A stretch of DNA of 64,000 bases from an uncultured delta proteobacterium (GTDB lineage: Bacteria > Desulfobacterota > Desulfobacteria > Desulfobacterales > Desulfosalsimonadaceae): the NCBI GenBank assembly GCA_963826785.1, contig CAWGYD010000010.1, positions 246,434-310,433 of the forward strand, in the 5' to 3' direction. A model generated the notes under the pieces. It was not told where the DNA came from. It saw only the letters and a program-made list of their open reading frames with translations, and ran no database searches. Below, one piece after another: positions 1-10,048 of this stretch. A program made the translations under genes and the position numbers. Position 1 is the stretch's first letter. Every line of letters begins with the position of its first letter.

Positions 1-760
1 TCACCACGTTGGTCAAGACATTGGTCCCGTATGCGGGCAAGCCCTGGCCGGTGACCGGGTGGGATTTCAATCCCTGCACAAAGATCTTGTTGGCTTGCCG
101 GAACTTATCCGGATCCCTGGGGGGACGCATTTTCGCGCCCGTATCATCCAGCACGATGACTTTGACGCCCTTTGATCCCATGACCGCGCCCACACCCCCT
201 CTTCCGGCATGGCGGGTGGGCCGCAGTTCCATATCGGTGCAGGCAATGGAAGCCGCGCCCAGCTTCATCTCCCCGGCCTGTCCGATGGACATGCAGCAGA
301 TATTTTCCCCGTATTCCTGCTTCATTTTTTCCACCAGGTCGTAGTTGCCCAGGCGCTTCAAGCTGTTGTCCGGGGAGATGGTGACCCCGTCCTTGTTGAT
401 GAAAATCTTATACAGCGTATCATCTGCGGGTTTTCCTTCGATGACGATGGCCGCATAACCGAGCCGGGCCAGAACCTGCGAGGGCATGCCGCCGGCATTG
501 GCTTCCTTGATGCCGCCGGTGAGCGGGCTCTTGCACCCCACCGACAGCCGGCCGGACATGGCGGCCGTGGTGCCGCTCAGCAGTCCGGGGGCAAAGACCA
601 GCCGGTTGTCCTGGCTTAAGGGATGACACAAGGGAGGAACCTCTTTGGAAACAATGGCCGAGGTGAGTCCCCGGCCGCCCAGACCGGCGTACTTGTCCCG
701 GGATTCGGTTTTGAAGGCGGGGCTGTCCGGCCCCATGTTGATTCTCAGAATCTTGTCCAT
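1..760 (-). CDS. aor: Aldehyde:ferredoxin oxidoreductase (W/Mo-pterin), 5' part; runs off the window start
   Basis: Manual translation from ATG 760: MDKILRINMG...YAGLGGRGLTS...NRLVFAPGLLSGT...SGRLSVGCKSPLTGGIKEANAGG, typical of the AOR N-terminal domain; GGAGGTG RBS upstream. Absent from the ORF track because it has no stop in the window. Confidence 0.9.
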   Translation of the reverse strand, partial: MDKILRINMGPDSPAFKTESRDKYAGLGGRGLTSAIVSKEVPPLCHPLSQDNRLVFAPGLLSGTTAAMSGRLSVGCKSPLTGGIKEANAGGMPSQVLARLGYAAIVIEGKPADDTLYKIFINKDGVTISPDNSLKRLGNYDLVEKMKQEYGENICCMSIGQAGEMKLGAASIACTDMELRPTRHAGRGGVGAVMGSKGVKVIVLDDTGAKMRPPRDPDKFRQANKIFVQGLKSHPVTGQGLPAYGTNVLTNVV

Positions 761-978
761 TCGGCACCTCCTGTGAAGGGTTTTTAGGAAGCAGAAAGTT
801 GTGTGAGAAACTCAGTATTGCAGATGAATCGGGTCCCGTCAATCATCACGGCGATTGGACCCGATGGGACCGATAATTCCGGAACTTGTCAATATAAAAT
901 ATAAAAATAACGCTGTATTTCACCAGTCGCAAACCGGATCCCCCATTCGATGGAAAAGGCCTGCGGGAAACTGTTTTT

Positions 979-1341
979 TCAATCTTTGAAGAAAAGATAC
1001 AGCGCCAGTGCCACCAGGATGAACGCAAATATCCTTTTGAACTGGGCCGTGGAGACATGCTCCACCAGCCGGGCCCCGAACTGGGCGCCGATGACCCCGC
1101 CGGCCCCCAGCATCAGCCCCACCCGGTAGTCCACGTTGGCCAGCTTGTTGTGGGCGACCAGGGCGGATATGGAGATCACCAGGATGGCCAGAAAGGAGGT
1201 GCCCACCGTCTTCTGGGCGCTAAACCCGAGAAACAGCAGAAGGGGCACCATTAAAAACCCGCCCCCCAGACCGGTAAAGGACGCCCCGATGCCGGTCAGG
1301 ATGCCCAGAGCCACAAATCCGATCCCGCTGATGAGTTCCAT
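979..1341 (-). CDS. TSUP (TauE/SafE) family membrane protein, half-size (120 aa)
   Basis: GLGGGFLMVP and GTS motifs; about four hydrophobic helices. Confidence 0.85.
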   Translation of the reverse strand: MELISGIGFVALGILTGIGASFTGLGGGFLMVPLLLFLGFSAQKTVGTSFLAILVISISALVAHNKLANVDYRVGLMLGAGGVIGAQFGARLVEHVSTAQFKRIFAFILVALALYLFFKD

Positions 1342-1518
1342 GATCCCCCTTTAGAATCTGATACATGTTAGATGTTGAAATGAATTTACCGCGCAGCTTT
1401 TGTTTTCGCAAATGTTTTTCCCATGAATTTTTTTAACGCATTGACCCGGGAATCCATTTTTCATATGGTATTTTATACTGAAGCCCTGTTTTCTCAAATA
1501 TCATCCGCGTACATACAA

Positions 1519-2094
1519 ATGAAACTGGTCAATTATTTATCTGAAATCGATGCGGGCCGCTGCAGCGGCTGCCGGAAATGCGAGACCGTCTGTCCCGCTG
1601 GCGCCATATCCGTTGAAAACCGGTTTGCCCGGGTGGATGCCGGCCGCTGCCTGGCCTGCACCAAGTGCTGGCATCTGTGTCCGGAGGATGCGGTGACCAT
1701 GGTTGAACGCAGCGAAGAGATGATGGTGGGGGTGGATTTCGACGAGGTGGATGAAACCGCCGTGGCCGAATTGTGCCAAAAAGCCCATGTCTACCCCGAG
1801 CAGTTCGTGTGCGCCTGCACCCTGACCCTGGCCAAGGAAGTGGCGGCCGCCATCATCAAAGGGGCTTCCACCCCCGAGGAAGTCACCGCCGCCACCGGGG
1901 TGCGCTCGGGCTGCGCCATCTACTGCATGGGGGCGATTCTGCGGATGCTCAAGGCCGCGGGCAAACACCCGGTGCCGCCCAAAAATCACCGATGGTACGA
2001 CCTGTCACTCTCCCTCTGGGATGTAAAAGATCAAATAGCGGAGAAATACCCCCGCTATTATCTGGCTGAAGACCGTGACGAAATGCACGAATAA
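1519..2094 (+). CDS. 2x[4Fe-4S] ferredoxin fused to a BFD-like [2Fe-2S] domain
   Basis: CSGCRKCETVCP and CLACTKCWHLCP; VCAC...GVRSGCAIYC; start taken at ATG 1519 (MKLVNY). Confidence 0.85.
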   Translation: MKLVNYLSEIDAGRCSGCRKCETVCPAGAISVENRFARVDAGRCLACTKCWHLCPEDAVTMVERSEEMMVGVDFDEVDETAVAELCQKAHVYPEQFVCACTLTLAKEVAAAIIKGASTPEEVTAATGVRSGCAIYCMGAILRMLKAAGKHPVPPKNHRWYDLSLSLWDVKDQIAEKYPRYYLAEDRDEMHE

Positions 2095-2101
2095 TTGATT
2101 C

Positions 2102-3556
2102 ATGACCGATTTTTTCCATAGAAGCCGCCACGGAAAAGCGGCCGCGCCGCCTGAGGTGATGCCCTCTTGCATGTGCCCGGAACCGGCCATGCGGGCAGCC
2201 GGTCTTTCCGGCATGACCTCCCTTTCCATAACCGATCTGTTTCCTGAAATGCGCAAGGGGTTTGTTCAAAAGCAGGGGGTCGCCGAAATCCGAAAATCCG
2301 CCGAAGCAGCCCTGGCCGGGGTGGAAATGGGGATGATCCTGCCCGAGCACCGGGTCAATATTCTCTGCTCGGAGCATGGATTCTACCTGCTGGAGGGGGA
2401 CCATTACCTTCAGATGCTGCTGGCCATCCGGGATGCGGTGGAAGAGCGGACCGGGTGCCAAAACATCCGGCTGCGGGTGGCGGCCGGCATGGGGTCTCGC
2501 GAGTCGGAAGAAATCATCGAATATTTCCGCATCCGGGAAAAATTCAACGGCAGGGTAACGGGCATGAGCGCCTTTGACCGCGGCGTTCCCATCGATACGC
2601 AGATCGGAACCCTCTACGGCCTGGCCGCGGCCTATGATGCCGACTGGATCATCCATGCCGGCCACGAGGAACCCCGGGACCTCTATTTTTACCGGATGAT
2701 CGACCGGGCCCTCAAGGCATTTGCCATGTCCTATGCCCGGTTTGAAACCCGGTCGGTCTACCACGGCAACTTCGGCAACAGAAGCTGCGCCTTTATCCAG
2801 CGGGCCATCTTCGACGCTCCCTTCGTGCAGGAAAAGTTCGCCTTCGGCGTTTTTATGCGCATGTCGCCCGCCGGCATCACCGGGGTTTCAGCCGACAATG
2901 ATCTCGATCGCCTGGGGGAGCACCTCACCATCGACATCCTGCGGGATTTTGGAAAAATGCTGCACCTGCTGGCGGACATCGACGAATGCATCGTGATCTT
3001 AGACGGCGGCCGCTACGGCTACTACATCCACGCCGGCGGCATCGTCTTCGGTGCCCTGGAAAACGCCCAGTATGATGCATTCGATCTTTCCCGGCCCGCG
3101 GCTTTCGGCTATTACGACATGCTCTCAAAGATGCGCAACGGAACCGATGCCCAGATGGATCATGTCATGAACGTCAACCCGGCCATCAAGGCCGTGATCT
3201 TCAACCAGGCCTGGCCGGGCATCCCCATGGCGGGGCTCACCCTGGATGTGTCCACCATCGTGGTGGGAGACCAGCAGGCAGCCGCCATGAAGCTGGATGC
3301 CGCCAATCCCGCCCTGATCGACCTGGCCGAAACCGTCCCCACGCTAAAACAGGCCCTCGAACTGGCCATTCAAGAGACGGGAACCGATAAGGTGCTGGTG
3401 TTTGACGGCAGCTTCGGGCACATCACCGTCAGCCCCTTACTGGCCCAGACCCTCATGGCAAAAGCACCGGAGATCAGCCGCAGGGTGGAAACAGAGCTGC
3501 TCCCCCTCTGGCTTTCCCAGCGGGGGATCGATCTAAATACCGCTAAGCGCGTTTAA
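2102..3556 (+). CDS. Uncharacterised 484-aa protein, distant lactate racemase (LarA/DUF2088/DUF362)-like
   Basis: Long ORF in an operon; segments AAGMGSR...GVPIDT..GTLYG...AYDADWIIH...ALKAFAMSY recall the AMGSHG...AYEADGII...LMKMMAIG pattern of LarA-like proteins (recognised by eye). Confidence 0.5.
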   Translation: MTDFFHRSRHGKAAAPPEVMPSCMCPEPAMRAAGLSGMTSLSITDLFPEMRKGFVQKQGVAEIRKSAEAALAGVEMGMILPEHRVNILCSEHGFYLLEGDHYLQMLLAIRDAVEERTGCQNIRLRVAAGMGSRESEEIIEYFRIREKFNGRVTGMSAFDRGVPIDTQIGTLYGLAAAYDADWIIHAGHEEPRDLYFYRMIDRALKAFAMSYARFETRSVYHGNFGNRSCAFIQRAIFDAPFVQEKFAFGVFMRMSPAGITGVSADNDLDRLGEHLTIDILRDFGKMLHLLADIDECIVILDGGRYGYYIHAGGIVFGALENAQYDAFDLSRPAAFGYYDMLSKMRNGTDAQMDHVMNVNPAIKAVIFNQAWPGIPMAGLTLDVSTIVVGDQQAAAMKLDAANPALIDLAETVPTLKQALELAIQETGTDKVLVFDGSFGHITVSPLLAQTLMAKAPEISRRVETELLPLWLSQRGIDLNTAKRV

Positions 3557-3566
3557 ACCCCTTGCC

Positions 3567-4370
3567 ATGAACGACATTCGCGACAATCTCTTCGGCCCCG
3601 TTTCAGACCGGATCTATGCGGCCGCCATCATTGCCGAGGAACCCGGCATTCTGGCCGGATCGGCAGCTGCGGCTGAAAAGGCCCGTGAACTGGGCCTGAA
3701 GATGATATCCTTTAAACCGGCGGGCGCCCGAATTCTTCAAGGTGAGACACTCGGCGCATTTTCCGGATCGCCATTGCAACTTGCCCGGGCCGGGGACCTG
3801 CTGGCCGGATGCATGGCCAAGCCGTCCGGGATTGCCACCGCTGCCCGGCAATTTGTGGAAAAAGCCGGCAGCCGTCCAAAGATCGTGTGCGGGGCCTGGA
3901 AAAAGATGCCCGCCCCGATCAAGGGGATCATCCGGGAGGCCGTTGCTGCCGGCGGTGCGGGCATCCGGGTCAGCGAGGCCCCCTTTGTCTACCTGGACAA
4001 AAATATGGTGAAGATGCTGGGCGGCATCCGGGCTGCACTGGATGCTGCAAAAAGAATAGAGGGCCGGGTGCGGGTCATCCAGATCGACGGAAAAATGGAA
4101 AACATTTCCGAAGAAGCCGTCCTTGCCGCCCGTGGCGGTGCCGGCATCATCTTCATCGATTCCGGCGTTATCACGGATATAGACCGGGTTTCACGCGCAC
4201 TGGCACATGCCGGCCTGCGCTCAAGTGTCTTTCTGGCCTACGGGGGCGGCATCACCCTGGCCGATATGGACCGGATCTGTGACACCGACGCGGATATCGT
4301 GGATGTGGGCCGGGCCATCATCGATGCACCGCTTCTGGATATGCGCCTGGAGGTGGCGGCAGATCAATGA
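3567..4370 (+). CDS. Quinolinate phosphoribosyltransferase (NadC/ModD)-like protein, divergent
   Basis: IIAEEPGILAG, SGIATAARQFV, GAGIIFIDS, AYGGGITL, DIVDVG and LDMRLEV follow the QPRTase layout; canonical TRKT is replaced by AWKK. Confidence 0.8.
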   Translation: MNDIRDNLFGPVSDRIYAAAIIAEEPGILAGSAAAAEKARELGLKMISFKPAGARILQGETLGAFSGSPLQLARAGDLLAGCMAKPSGIATAARQFVEKAGSRPKIVCGAWKKMPAPIKGIIREAVAAGGAGIRVSEAPFVYLDKNMVKMLGGIRAALDAAKRIEGRVRVIQIDGKMENISEEAVLAARGGAGIIFIDSGVITDIDRVSRALAHAGLRSSVFLAYGGGITLADMDRICDTDADIVDVGRAIIDAPLLDMRLEVAADQ

Positions 4371-5245
4371 CCCATCGGCTGCTTGAAAAAACCGAACTCT
4401 GGATCCGCGGCATCGTGCTCGAGGGGGCCGATTTAAATGAGATCGCGAAAGCGGTGGCCGATATCCTGGGGATTTCACCCCGCCATGTGCTGGTCACCGA
4501 TTATCAATGCCCGGATCTGGCCCTGGATGTACTTGCCCAGACCATCGATCCGGCACATTTTGCCGGCCGGAAAAATGCACTGTTTGAGCGCCTCTTAAAA
4601 ATCGCCGGGGTGAAAATCTCGTCCGATGCCGATATCGGCGCAAACGGGATGCTGGGATGGCTCGCGGCGGACCCGGAGCAATCCGGTGCGTCTGTTGCCC
4701 GCTCGGCGGAAATGATCCGGGAAATCAATTCCCGCATTCAATCCCGGGCCATTGTCTTTTCCACGGGAAGCGAGGTGGCCGCCGGCCAGATCAGGGACAC
4801 TAACACCCCTCTGATCTGCGCATTGCCTGGAAAAGATCGGCTATACGTCAACCCCCGGCCCCACCCTCCCCGACGACCGCAACCGCATTGCCGCAAAACT
4901 GAGACAGGCGGCCGATGAACAGGGATACGGGCTGATCATCACCACCGGCGGGGTGGGCGCTGAAGGAAAAGACCACACCATAGAAGCCGTCCTCACGGTA
5001 ATCCCCGATGCAGCCGCCCCCTATGTGTGTCATTTCGAGGTGGGCACCGGCCGGCATGTCAAGGACGGGGTCCGGATCGCCGCCGGTTGCCGGGGGAAAC
5101 GCTGATCATCGCGCTTCCGGGACCCAATGATGAAGTGAGACAGTGCATGACCGTCATTGCCGGGTTTCTCCCCCATGACCCCGATCCTGCCCGCCTGGCA
5201 GACGCACTGGCCGCCTGCCTGCGCCTCAGATGGCACCATCCTTAA
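4367..5245 (+). CDS. Molybdopterin-binding (MoCF_biosynth/CinA-N-like) domain protein with N-terminal extension; two frameshifts
   Basis: STGSEVAAGQIRDTN, then after a shift near 4826 LEKIGY...LIITTGGVGAEGKDHT, then after a shift near 5097 ETLIIALPGPNDEV; ATGA overlap with the upstream gene. Confidence 0.75.
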
Positions 5246-6687
5246 ACGTGATAAATTTTGTCCGCGCCCGTCTTTGGATCCAAATAGGTGATCACGCTCT
5301 TATAGGATCTTAAATCCACGACAGCGGTGGCTTTCAGGGGGTCATCGGTCCAGGAGATGACGACCTGGTCCTCGGGGCAGTCTTCGATCCTGAATGTGCC
5401 GTTAAATACCGGGTACTCGGACCTGAATTTCATCAGCGCCATCAATCGCTTCACGGCCGGTTTTTCCATGGCCGCGCCGACCTCCTCCAGGGTGTAGTTG
5501 TGGCGGTTGATGAAGCGGCCGTTTCGGGTGCGCTCCACCAGTTGGATGTCGTTCTCGCCGGCCAGCAGACCCACGTAGTAAACCTGGGGGATGCCCGGGG
5601 CGAAAAACTGGATGGTCCGGGCGGCCAGATAGGCGTCGTCGTTGTTTTCCAGGGCCGAATAATAGGTGCAGTTTACCTGGTAGATGTCCAGGTTGTGGTA
5701 CTCGGCTCCCGAATACATCCGCTTCATGTTGGACCCTTTTTCATAGAGTCCGTTCAAGGTCTTATCGATCAGGTCATCGGACATCAGCCCGCGCACATCC
5801 ACCACGCCGATGCCGTCATGGGTGTCCAGCGTGGTGATCTGCTTGCGGGGGCAGATCTCCAGCCATTGCTTGAGCTCCTTGTGAGTATGGTGATACAGGG
5901 TGTGGATCAGCAGCATGGGCAGGGAAAAATCGTAGCACCAGTACCCTTTTTCCGAAAGCTTGAGCTGGTAGCGGTGATGCTCGTGCACCTCGGGGAGGAT
6001 GTCCGCGCCGAAAGGACGAACATATTCTGCCAGCCACCGGATGACATCCCATATCTCCGGCTCCTCGAAAAAGCAACGGGTGCCGATCTTCTTGATCACA
6101 TAGGCGATGGCATCGAGCCGGATCATCTTTGCCCGGGTCCGGGCCAGGTTGATCAGGTTGTAGCGAAGAAAACTACGGGTGACCGGGGAGCCGATATCGA
6201 TATCGATCTGCTCGGTATCGAACGTGCACCACACCTTTTCCCGTGATCCGTCCTTTCGGTCCTGAACGATATAGGGCGGACGGGGCTTGCGCGTATACAC
6301 CTTCTCCAGCTCCGCATCCGTAATCGGCTCCTTGCGCAGCTTGTCAAAGGTGAGAAACATGTCCGCATATTCGGACTTGCTGCTTTTTTCCGTAAAATCC
6401 TGGTAGTAGTGGGATTGCCGGGAGATGTGGTTCACCATGAAATCGAGAATCAGATCGAATTCCGCCCCGATCAACTCCAGGTCTTTCCAGCGCCCGAATC
6501 GCGGATCCACCTCTTCGTAGGTCTTGGGCGCAAATCCCCGGTCGCTGCTGGAGGGATACACCGGCAGGATGTGGACCCCGCCGATGACATCGGCCAGGTA
6601 TCGCTTCAGCACGTAATGGAGTTCGGCCAGGTTGTCTCCCAGGCTGTCCGGGTAGGTGATCAGTTGCACTTTGTTCTGAATGGTCAT
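5242..6687 (-). CDS. gtfA: Sucrose phosphorylase (GH13_18)
   Basis: NKVQLITYPDSLG, SDRGFAP, IRLDAIAY, LPEVHEH, TLDTHDGI, loop NLDIYQVNCT. Confidence 0.88.
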   Translation of the reverse strand: MTIQNKVQLITYPDSLGDNLAELHYVLKRYLADVIGGVHILPVYPSSSDRGFAPKTYEEVDPRFGRWKDLELIGAEFDLILDFMVNHISRQSHYYQDFTEKSSKSEYADMFLTFDKLRKEPITDAELEKVYTRKPRPPYIVQDRKDGSREKVWCTFDTEQIDIDIGSPVTRSFLRYNLINLARTRAKMIRLDAIAYVIKKIGTRCFFEEPEIWDVIRWLAEYVRPFGADILPEVHEHHRYQLKLSEKGYWCYDFSLPMLLIHTLYHHTHKELKQWLEICPRKQITTLDTHDGIGVVDVRGLMSDDLIDKTLNGLYEKGSNMKRMYSGAEYHNLDIYQVNCTYYSALENNDDAYLAARTIQFFAPGIPQVYYVGLLAGENDIQLVERTRNGRFINRHNYTLEEVGAAMEKPAVKRLMALMKFRSEYPVFNGTFRIEDCPEDQVVISWTDDPLKATAVVDLRSYKSVITYLDPKTGADKIYHV

Positions 6688-6773
6688 GCGTCCATTTCTT
6701 TCATCGGGCGGTTTGCATTTTTCAAATAGGCCCTTTTGTGTAGATCCGTTGCGGTGCAAATCAGGAAAAATTT

Positions 6774-8942
6774 TTATCCGAGAAAACGGTAATGGTCCAT
6801 TCCTTCCAAAATTCCGGCGGCGCAGGCTTTGTCGGCGAAATAGACGTATTTGGCGCCTTTTAATTTTTTGAGTTCCGGACTGAAGTTGCCCACCACTACA
6901 CCGCGCGGTTCGCCCCGGAGCATTTCCTCGTCATTTCCCGAATCCCCGCAGACCAGAAAGGCGGACAGGGGCACTTCCCACTTGTAGCTCAGGTAGCGGA
7001 TGGCTTTTCCCTTGGAGGCACGGTACGGCAGGATATCCACGAACTGCTCGTGGGAATAGACCAGGGTATATCGGCACTTGTTTCCCACCAGGCAGTTATG
7101 AACCTCGGTGATCCGGTCTTTTCCCGGGTCGATGTTGTAGCTGACCTTGAATTTGCGCTGGGCTTCTTCCGCCTGGTATTCAAGGAATTTAAACCGCTTC
7201 AGCAGATCGCGCACTTTCTTCCGGTCCCACCGGTCCGCGATGTGGGCTTCCCACCCTTTGTCGTACTCCAGATCGGGTCCATAGTAAATTTCAGTCCCCA
7301 CCGACGCCACGATAACGTCCGGCGGCGCCACCCGGTATTCTTCGAGAATGTCTACCGCCGAATCGATGGTCCTGCCGGTGGACACACCGAAACCGAGCTT
7401 CTGACGATGATCCGCCACCGCCTGGAGCAGGGGCTCGAGCCCGGCGTTTTCTTCCCCGATCAGGGTATTGTCGATGTCGGTGATCAGAAACCGCTCCACG
7501 TTCACCAGCCGTTTTCCCACGGGTTTGCCGTTTCCGGGGGTAATGCCGGCCGCTCCTTTTTCATTGGCCAGAGGGACGGCCGCTTTCATGTAGGCATCCG
7601 CATGCTGTTCCCAGGCATAGTGCTTCCTGACGTTCATGATGCCGTTTTTGGAATATTGGTTCCAGAGCGTTTCATCGGTCAGGATTTTCCGGATCGCTCC
7701 CGTGATGGCCTGATGATCGTTCGGGTCCACCAGGATTCCGTTTTCGCAATTTTCGATGATGTCCCGGGGGCCGCCGTCGTTGGTGGCCACCAGGGGCAGT
7801 CCGGTGGCGGCGGCCTCCAGCAGGGTCAGGCCGAAGGGCTCGGTCCATGCGGCATTGACGAAAACTCCCCGTTTGCCTGCGGCGATGCGGTAGAGTTCGG
7901 GCACCTCGGATGCGACGTCGTGCTCCTTGGGAATGGCCAGTTTCCCATAGAGGTCATACCGGTCCATGTCGAGCAGCATCTGGGTGAGGACCTGCTTTTC
8001 GTTTTCCTCCATGTCGTCGATGTCCTTGCGGATGCCGGCGAATACGGCCAGGTTGGCCATGGCCTGCAATTCATGATCCTCACCATAGGCCTTTACCAGC
8101 CCGGTGATGTTTTTGCGCTTGTCCGGCCGGCAGATCGCCAGGATCAGCGGCTTGTCCGGATACATGAGAAACCGCTCCAACTGGTTTAAAAGAGTGGCCT
8201 GGGCGTATTTTTCCAGTTCGGATTTTTCGAATTCCGGAAGCCGGTCATGGTAATACGGGTAAAACCGCTCCAGGTCGATTCCCGGCGGGATGACCCGGTA
8301 TTCGGGAAATTCCGAGTTGCGGTACATGCCGTACTGGTTTGAAATTTCCTGGCGGGTGCTGGTGACGATCAGGTCCGCATTCCGGATGATCCGCTCTTCG
8401 ATGGAAATCCGGGTATCCATTCGATAACTTCTGGAGATTTCCTTTTCCGGCATGCCGTCGTTTACAAGCTTCTGTTTCTTGGGCCTTCCCAGGCTGTGGC
8501 CGGTAAAGGCAAAGGGGACGCCGAAGATGCGGGCCAGCTCCATGGCCACGTATCCGGCGTCCGGATAATGGCCGTGGACGATATCCGGCAGCCGGTTTTT
8601 CTTGATGAATTTGATGGTTTTGTCGATGAATTCATCCAGATGCGGCCACAGCAGTTCCTTTCGCATGTATTTTTTCCCGCCGCACTGGATCCGGATGACT
8701 CGGCATTTATCATCGACTTTCGACACCGGCTGGGCATAATCCGGCGAGACCGAGGGATCGTCGATGAGCCGCGTAAACAGATCGACCTGGCAGACATCGT
8801 CCCTGCGGCACAGATTTTTCACCAGTTCGAGCACATACGTCACCTGCCCGCCCGTATCGGCATCCCGCCCCAGTTCCGGGTTCTCCGGCCGGATCAGGCC
8901 GTGAATGGAAAACATCTGAATGTATAGTTTTTCTTTGGCCAT
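6774..8942 (-). CDS. sps: Sucrose-phosphate synthase with C-terminal HAD phosphatase (SPS-SPP bidomain)
   Basis: SIHGLIR..ELGRDADTGGQVTYV, HGHYPDAG, EPFGLTLLEAAA (GT4); ITDIDNTL, STGR, SKGKAIRYL, GDSGND (HAD-IIB). Confidence 0.92.
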   Translation of the reverse strand: MAKEKLYIQMFSIHGLIRPENPELGRDADTGGQVTYVLELVKNLCRRDDVCQVDLFTRLIDDPSVSPDYAQPVSKVDDKCRVIRIQCGGKKYMRKELLWPHLDEFIDKTIKFIKKNRLPDIVHGHYPDAGYVAMELARIFGVPFAFTGHSLGRPKKQKLVNDGMPEKEISRSYRMDTRISIEERIIRNADLIVTSTRQEISNQYGMYRNSEFPEYRVIPPGIDLERFYPYYHDRLPEFEKSELEKYAQATLLNQLERFLMYPDKPLILAICRPDKRKNITGLVKAYGEDHELQAMANLAVFAGIRKDIDDMEENEKQVLTQMLLDMDRYDLYGKLAIPKEHDVASEVPELYRIAAGKRGVFVNAAWTEPFGLTLLEAAATGLPLVATNDGGPRDIIENCENGILVDPNDHQAITGAIRKILTDETLWNQYSKNGIMNVRKHYAWEQHADAYMKAAVPLANEKGAAGITPGNGKPVGKRLVNVERFLITDIDNTLIGEENAGLEPLLQAVADHRQKLGFGVSTGRTIDSAVDILEEYRVAPPDVIVASVGTEIYYGPDLEYDKGWEAHIADRWDRKKVRDLLKRFKFLEYQAEEAQRKFKVSYNIDPGKDRITEVHNCLVGNKCRYTLVYSHEQFVDILPYRASKGKAIRYLSYKWEVPLSAFLVCGDSGNDEEMLRGEPRGVVVGNFSPELKKLKGAKYVYFADKACAAGILEGMDHYRFLG

Positions 8943-9854
8943 TTACTTCCTGTTAACCAGTTTGAGATAGGGTTCGTAAAAGTCGTGCGCGTCCGGCACG
9001 GCCCCGGCAATGGTGCAGATATCTCCGGCAAAGCGCGATGCAGTCTCAAGGGTCTGTTTCGATGGCCATCCGTTTAAATAGCCGACCACCAGCATGGCCG
9101 CATACGCATCCCCTGCCCCCACCGTATCCTGCACCTGCCGGATTTCCGGGACCCCCGCCTCATATAGGTCCTCCGGCGTCACCAGCATGCTTCCCGAACT
9201 GCCCCGGGTCACGGCCATGTTCCGGATCCCGAAGCGCTCCATCAGCAAGCCGGGCAATTGCTGGCGGGTTGCCTCCGGCGCAAACATTTCCCCCAGCAGG
9301 ACCAGTTCGTCCGCGTTGAGTTTCAGATAATCCGTGTGCCCCAGGGAAGCGTGGATGATCTCTTTAGAATAGGCATTTTGCCGCAGGTTGACATCATAAA
9401 AGGCAACTGTGGCCGCATCTTTGTTCTCAAGAAATGCCTGGAGCCGCTCCATCGCTTTTGCGGTGCGCTGCACCAGGGTGCCGAAATAGATCAGTTCCAC
9501 CCCGTTGCCGCCGGAAAGTGAATCCGGGTGATCCGGCAGTTCGATCCGGTCATAGGCGACATTTTCTACGATATAAAATTCATGCCCCCCGGTTGCGTCC
9601 GGTGTCACCTCCACCCGACCGGTGGGATAATCCGGGTCCTTCTGTATCCAGCTGATATCAAATCCCCGCTGCCGGAGCCGGTCCAGAATTTCATCTCCCT
9701 TCTGATCCGCCCCCACCCGGGATACGAAACGGACGGGCACCCCCATCTGCTTCAGGTGATAGGCAAAATTAAACGGCGCTCCGCCCAGCCGCTCATATTC
9801 GGGGAATATATCCATCAGTATTTCACCGATGACGATGATCACGAAAACCTCCAT
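8943..9854 (-). CDS. PfkB family carbohydrate kinase, probable fructokinase
   Basis: GGAPFNFA, DVNLR, KLNADEL, DTVGAGDAY; abuts sps. Confidence 0.88.
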   Translation of the reverse strand: MEVFVIIVIGEILMDIFPEYERLGGAPFNFAYHLKQMGVPVRFVSRVGADQKGDEILDRLRQRGFDISWIQKDPDYPTGRVEVTPDATGGHEFYIVENVAYDRIELPDHPDSLSGGNGVELIYFGTLVQRTAKAMERLQAFLENKDAATVAFYDVNLRQNAYSKEIIHASLGHTDYLKLNADELVLLGEMFAPEATRQQLPGLLMERFGIRNMAVTRGSSGSMLVTPEDLYEAGVPEIRQVQDTVGAGDAYAAMLVVGYLNGWPSKQTLETASRFAGDICTIAGAVPDAHDFYEPYLKLVNRK

Positions 9855-10048
9855 GGCGCTTGTGTTTTGCTCAAATATTATATCAGTCCGTCATCATTGT
9901 CAAATCCGATATAAATGGCTAAAATTTATATTTTTTATTAATTTTCAATTATTTATCGCTTGCCATCCGGTACTAATATGCATAGTATTTGTCTATTCCA
10001 GCATTCACCGTTACATGCCGCTTTTAACAGGAATGGAGAAATAACCCG

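Noticed and set aside
4826..5100. Programmed ribosomal frameshifting in the MoCF-domain gene
   Set aside because: Two opposite indels and many similar breaks elsewhere in the window favour sequence error
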